Source of the DNA: Geosiphon pyriformis uo1
Taxonomy: Eukaryota; Fungi; Glomeromycota
Assembly (NCBI GenBank): GCA_016748015.1
Contig: JAAOMT010000071.1
Location: 248,001-312,000 of the forward strand
DNA: 64,000 nt
Direction of reading: 5' to 3'
A program made the translations under genes and the position numbers. Below the pieces are notes generated by a model. It did no database searches. It was not told where the DNA came from and saw only the letters and a list, made by a program, of their open reading frames with translations. This document shows positions 59,371-64,000 of this stretch, piece after piece (position 1 is the stretch's first letter; every line of letters starts with the position of its first letter).

Positions 59371-62300
59371 TTTATTTTTTTTTATTTTTTTCCACTTTTA
59401 TTGAATGAAGCCCAACTGCTATCTAGTACATAGAGCCAAACTAAGTGACCCAAATTAAATACAATATACGCACTTACTACATATGGCTAGCCACTTAGAC
59501 TAGTCAAGGCAACACTACACACCTATATTGATATTAACAACACTATCTAGACCAGAAAAAAAACAGCATAGCAAATGATGACCAAAGCTAACAGTGAATA
59601 ATTCAACTACACCAAGTATTCTAATCACTTCACCCGACAATATAGAAGAAACATCACGAGACAGATCAGAAACAACTTCACTATCAGCAACCAAACCAGT
59701 CTTCTCCATCCATACCTTGTGCTCAGATCTCACCAACCATGCCTTCACACAATATAAATCAGCTACAAACCTAACAAAACTGACAACTTCACCAATAGTC
59801 TGCTTCTTATTCTCAAATACACTCTGAGCTTCCTCGTACCATTCATCTAGCACAAAGCTCTTATACACAATAGAATACAAACTTACATCCAAAGAACAAG
59901 CAGACAATGTCCACAAAACAGCTGAAAACAACGAATCACAAAGACCCACCACTAAAACCCAATGAGCAGAAGTCTTAACCAGAACCTCATCATGAATAAC
60001 AACATCCCGAGAGCATGTAAAGGCATGGTCAGAAAATTCCACTTCACTACACAGCAGGCACAATATGCCAGGATAACCCTTATCATACAGTCTTTTCCGA
60101 ACAGCTACCGGAAGGTGCCTGTGCACAGCTTTTATCAAATATGAGTGCAAATTTGAAGTTTTCCGACCAGTAAACTCAGTGAGCATATGAGAGTTTGAAT
60201 GCCAAACTTTCGCAGTAGAAATCCAGTTTACACATCCAATAAAGTCAACAGATATTACACCCACACCAAGTCCAGCCTCCTAGTAAACACAATTAATAGA
60301 TCAAAAAATGTCTCTTACAAAGTGGTGGGCATTACCAGAGATTGCTGTGTTTTCAGCCACCAAATAATGTTCATAAACTCCAGTCAACAAAGAGAAGGGA
60401 GATTGAGCAGCATTTCCAGCCACCAAATCAGTCTTGACATTACTTAAAACGCCAGAATGGCCCTTAATCTTAACTCAGACCACCTCAAGATCTTTTTTCC
60501 TAACCAAATTGAAAATATGGCATCTTTCTAACCAGTACCAATTATGAAAATCAGACATGGTACAAGACAACTCTGACAAGCAGACATCAATAGCAGCTTG
60601 GCTATCAGTATGTAAAATCACTTGACAAGAGGAAGGTACACACTCAAGAGCCAACATAACAGCCTGTAACTCAGCCAGAGTAGAGAACAGTAGACCACCA
60701 ACCACAACACCAATATTTCTATCCAAAACCAGAAAATATGCAGCAACATCACAAGCAGTATCAACTGAGCCAGCATTTCTTAAAGATCCATCATACAACT
60801 CATCTTTCACCAGAGAAAACACTTCAGAATCTAAAACATTTGTATTAACAAACTGAGCAAAACCAGCAGAACTGGAAGCAGAAAAGCCCTAAACCAACAT
60901 AAACTCGAACACGACTGAAAACCAGAAAGGCATAGGGCCTCGTGGGTCCAACTTCTTCCAACAATGAAAAGTCTTCCAATCTAGCACACAGCCTCTCTTA
61001 TCCTAAATCCGATCATCAAAAGCAACTCCAAAACACTTCAGAGAGCAAACAGAATTAAAATACTCAGAACTACCTAGAATTAACAAAAGTGGAAAATGAT
61101 CTGGACTGCAAAAGGCATTGGGAAGATTATTAGCCAAGGAAAGCTCATTACTTAAAAAAATCTTCACAATCCCAGCCAAAAAGTTGTTGACTAGACTAAC
61201 ATGCAACTTGACAGAAAACTGCAAAAGATCCAGAAGAGCCTAGCCAAGAACCTGCAAGTCTAAAAACCTATGATCAAACAAACACCCAAGGACCTCAGAG
61301 GCATTAAAAAAGGACACCAAAGCAGCAATCTTCCGTTCAGATTGCACTTGTTCAAAAGTTTTCAAGCCATACAAAAAAGAATGATGTAAGACAGCATCCA
61401 GAAAATCATAAGACAAACCAGCTTTGGACTTAAGACCCTTCCTAACCATGACATCCCATTTGCAACAAACACCAGATGAAACAAAACTAAACTGAGTCTG
61501 GTAACTAACAATAGGCTACAAGACAGCTGAGACCAAATACAAGAACTGCTTATTTGTGATAGTTTTCCTGAGCACGATGTTGACAAAAAAACAAACATCA
61601 AAATGAGCTTTGAATACACTAGATTTAGACAAACCCTTCATAGACAAAAAGATATCCACATAACAATGAGCTTTGCTTTTTTTAGCAATCGAGATTGGCT
61701 GATCACAAATACTCAGAGAGGCAACCTTAACACCCTGATTAATGGAAATAACCACTGTCTTATCATTATTAATAGAAATATCATTGATTTTGAAGAACTC
61801 ACTGGCAATGTTCAGAGCATATTGAGTAGAGGCCTGACAATTTTCAATCCAAATCATATCATCAATGAACGCACCAGCTGCCAAGTAAGATGTCATCCCA
61901 TCCATACTCTCAACTCTGCCCATCTTCACAACAAACTTAAAATTAACATGGTATCTGCGCAAATGCTTGTGTTATTTCACTTCATATAAGAGTGAATCAT
62001 AGAAAATTCTCCATAAGAGAAATGAAAAAACTTCACTCTGGTCCAATCCATCATGTATATTATAGCCATCTGACAAGCCGAAATCAGTCATCACTCTGTT
62101 AACCCTATCCTTATGAATGTTCCCAAAAAACCCAATAAATCTCTTACATATTTTGATGTGCCGCAAACTAGCTTTTAAGTGAGGCCAATCAACAGAATCA
62201 TATGCCTTCCATATATCCTACAAAACCAACCAAATTTCCCTATTCTTTTCAAGAGCATTCTCCATAACTAAACCAATTGCAAATACTGGAGATTACATAG

Positions 62301-64000
62301 AAGTACCATAGAGCACTGAAAAATTATTACTCCAGAGAACACCAAACTTACTACAAGCCAAAGAGATGTGATTAGACAAAATCTTAGACAAAATCTTTTT
62401 GGCAGTCTCAATCAAAGCAATAGGTTGAGTATTAGTAAGAACTCTATCCCAATTATAAGGCTTAAGGATCATTAAGACCTACGCCCTCTTCCACAAAGTA
62501 GGCACCATACCAACAGATAAGCACACATTCAGCAACACCAAAAGGCATTCCAACATCTCACCACAACCATGTTTCCAGAGTTCATTGGGAATACCAGACA
62601 AGTCAGCAGCTTTGTCATCAGGCAGGCCATTAGTAACCGAAAGCAATTCACCCATGCTAATCACATTCATTATATTAGAAAAGGCATCATCTTTAACATA
62701 GTTCAAAGGTGCATACTGACAAGTCCAGAGATCAGGTAGCATTATAGGCATCACATGCTTCCATGTCCAACCCTTCATAATTTTGTCAACACTTGACCTG
62801 ACCTCCTTCAGCTTCAATATCAACTCATTATTAACCACCAAGTGATCCAACACCACCTTTTGAAATGGCCGATCTAGAACATTCCTAATTATACTTCTTT
62901 TGTCCGAGCAAAATCGTTTTATACACCTCTCAATAGTCTTTCTAATAGTAGCCTCTTGTAGCAACTTTGACTCAAACATCTTGGATTTTCTGTACCCCTT
63001 TTTAACGAGCAATAAATAACTAAGAAGGTCCTCTACTTTTTGGTCACCACAAACCATGTTTTCTAGAACGAGAGCTTTACCAACATCCAGAGCTGACCAT
63101 TTTTTCATGAATCAATCGAAACCAAAAATATCAGCAGAGGTCAGGCATTTAACTATTTTGGCAACCAGCAACTCCAAACCCAGGAACCTAGAAGAATGTT
63201 TATTTTTTGAGCACTGAAAATCACAAAACCAATGTCTGGAAAATATTTCATCTGCAGAATCTATCACCATCTTTTCCAGCAAAGACCACATAGCATCCAA
63301 ATTAAGACCAGCAGCAGTGCCAAAAAACCTTCCCTTTATCTCCAACATTTTAGCAGAGGAACATTCCTTAAAATGGGACCACCCAGCACCATTAGCATCC
63401 TTGATCCTAAACTTTCAATGGTCTTTGTTGGCCTGCTTACACAAATCATTCAGCCGAATATCTAAGAGCCCACTTAGGCCAACTGATATTATGACAGATT
63501 TGTGATCTGTATTGAAAAAATCAGAAACAGAATTAACACAATGCTTTATAACAACAGAAGATAGAGTCCCACTAACAAGAATAAAATCAATTGTTTTTTT
63601 CACTTCCTTAAAATTGCTCCATGTAGCCATTTTGACCAAAGAGTGTCCAGCAAAAGAATTGACTAAACCCAAACCCAAACAGAACTTAAAATTCGCACTC
63701 CTCCCAGAATTATTCTTGTTGAAATTACCACCCAGAATGACAAAAGTGCTGGAGTTAACAGCCTTAGCAATAAGAAAATTCACTGCAGAAGCCTGAGCAA
63801 ACCTAGTCCCAGGAGAAGCACCAGCATACAAACCCAGAATTGTAACCAAAAACTTGCCTTTAAACAAAAGCTGAATCAAAATCAAATGACCAGGAATCTC
63901 TTCAACCCTAGAAACATAATGAGCCAAAGAGTTGTTCATAATCACAGCAACGTCAGCACCGAAATAACCAATATCCAACCCAGAAGTAAAAATCCGAACC
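59371..64000 (-). mobile_element. Non-LTR retrotransposon (LINE), 5' end outside window
   Basis: APE endonuclease, RT, RNase H, C-terminal zinc finger; AATAAA 59397-59402 and A-rich tail 59371-59391. Confidence 0.93.
59515..64000 (-). pseudogene. LINE ORF2 (APE-RT-RNase H-zinc finger), disrupted
   Basis: GGNFN, TIDFILVS, TDH (APE); KAADLSGIPNE, PIALIET, GLDQSEVFS, AFIDD (RT); DGSL, AELQA, HTDSQA, KGHSG (RNase H, ~60400-60800); CLLC..H...C. Confidence 0.9.

Overview
This window has no recognisable host gene. It is an AT-rich eukaryotic repeat block, most likely fungal; a Glomeromycotina/Mucoromycota origin is my impression only. It is a 5-level nest of seven degenerate Ty3/gypsy (Metaviridae) LTR retrotransposons from three related families (A: A1-A3; B: B0-B2; C: C1), plus two LINE pieces. 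Nesting reconstructed from TGTTAC...GTAACA LTR ends, 4-bp TSDs and rejoined reading frames: LINE fragment > C1 > {A1, B0}; B0 > {B1 > A2, B2 > A3}. The most interesting result is an unusual architecture seen in families A and B (C1 shows only its Gag-to-dUTPase part here). (1) One reading frame, apparently GUG-initiated, encodes [N-terminal extension]-Gag CA-CCHC-PR-[~200-aa multi-CxxC domain]-dUTPase-[pseudo-dUTPase]-RT-RNase H and stops right after RNase H. (2) Integrase is a separate ORF with its own start codon in all six copies where the junction is visible. (3) A soluble ~210-240-aa ORF3 of unknown function sits in the env position and reaches or crosses the PPT. All copies have decayed almost entirely by C:G>T:A transitions (RIP-like or methylation-deamination). 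The right end holds a ~90% AT block, a 69-nt poly(T) and an RNase H-containing LINE.
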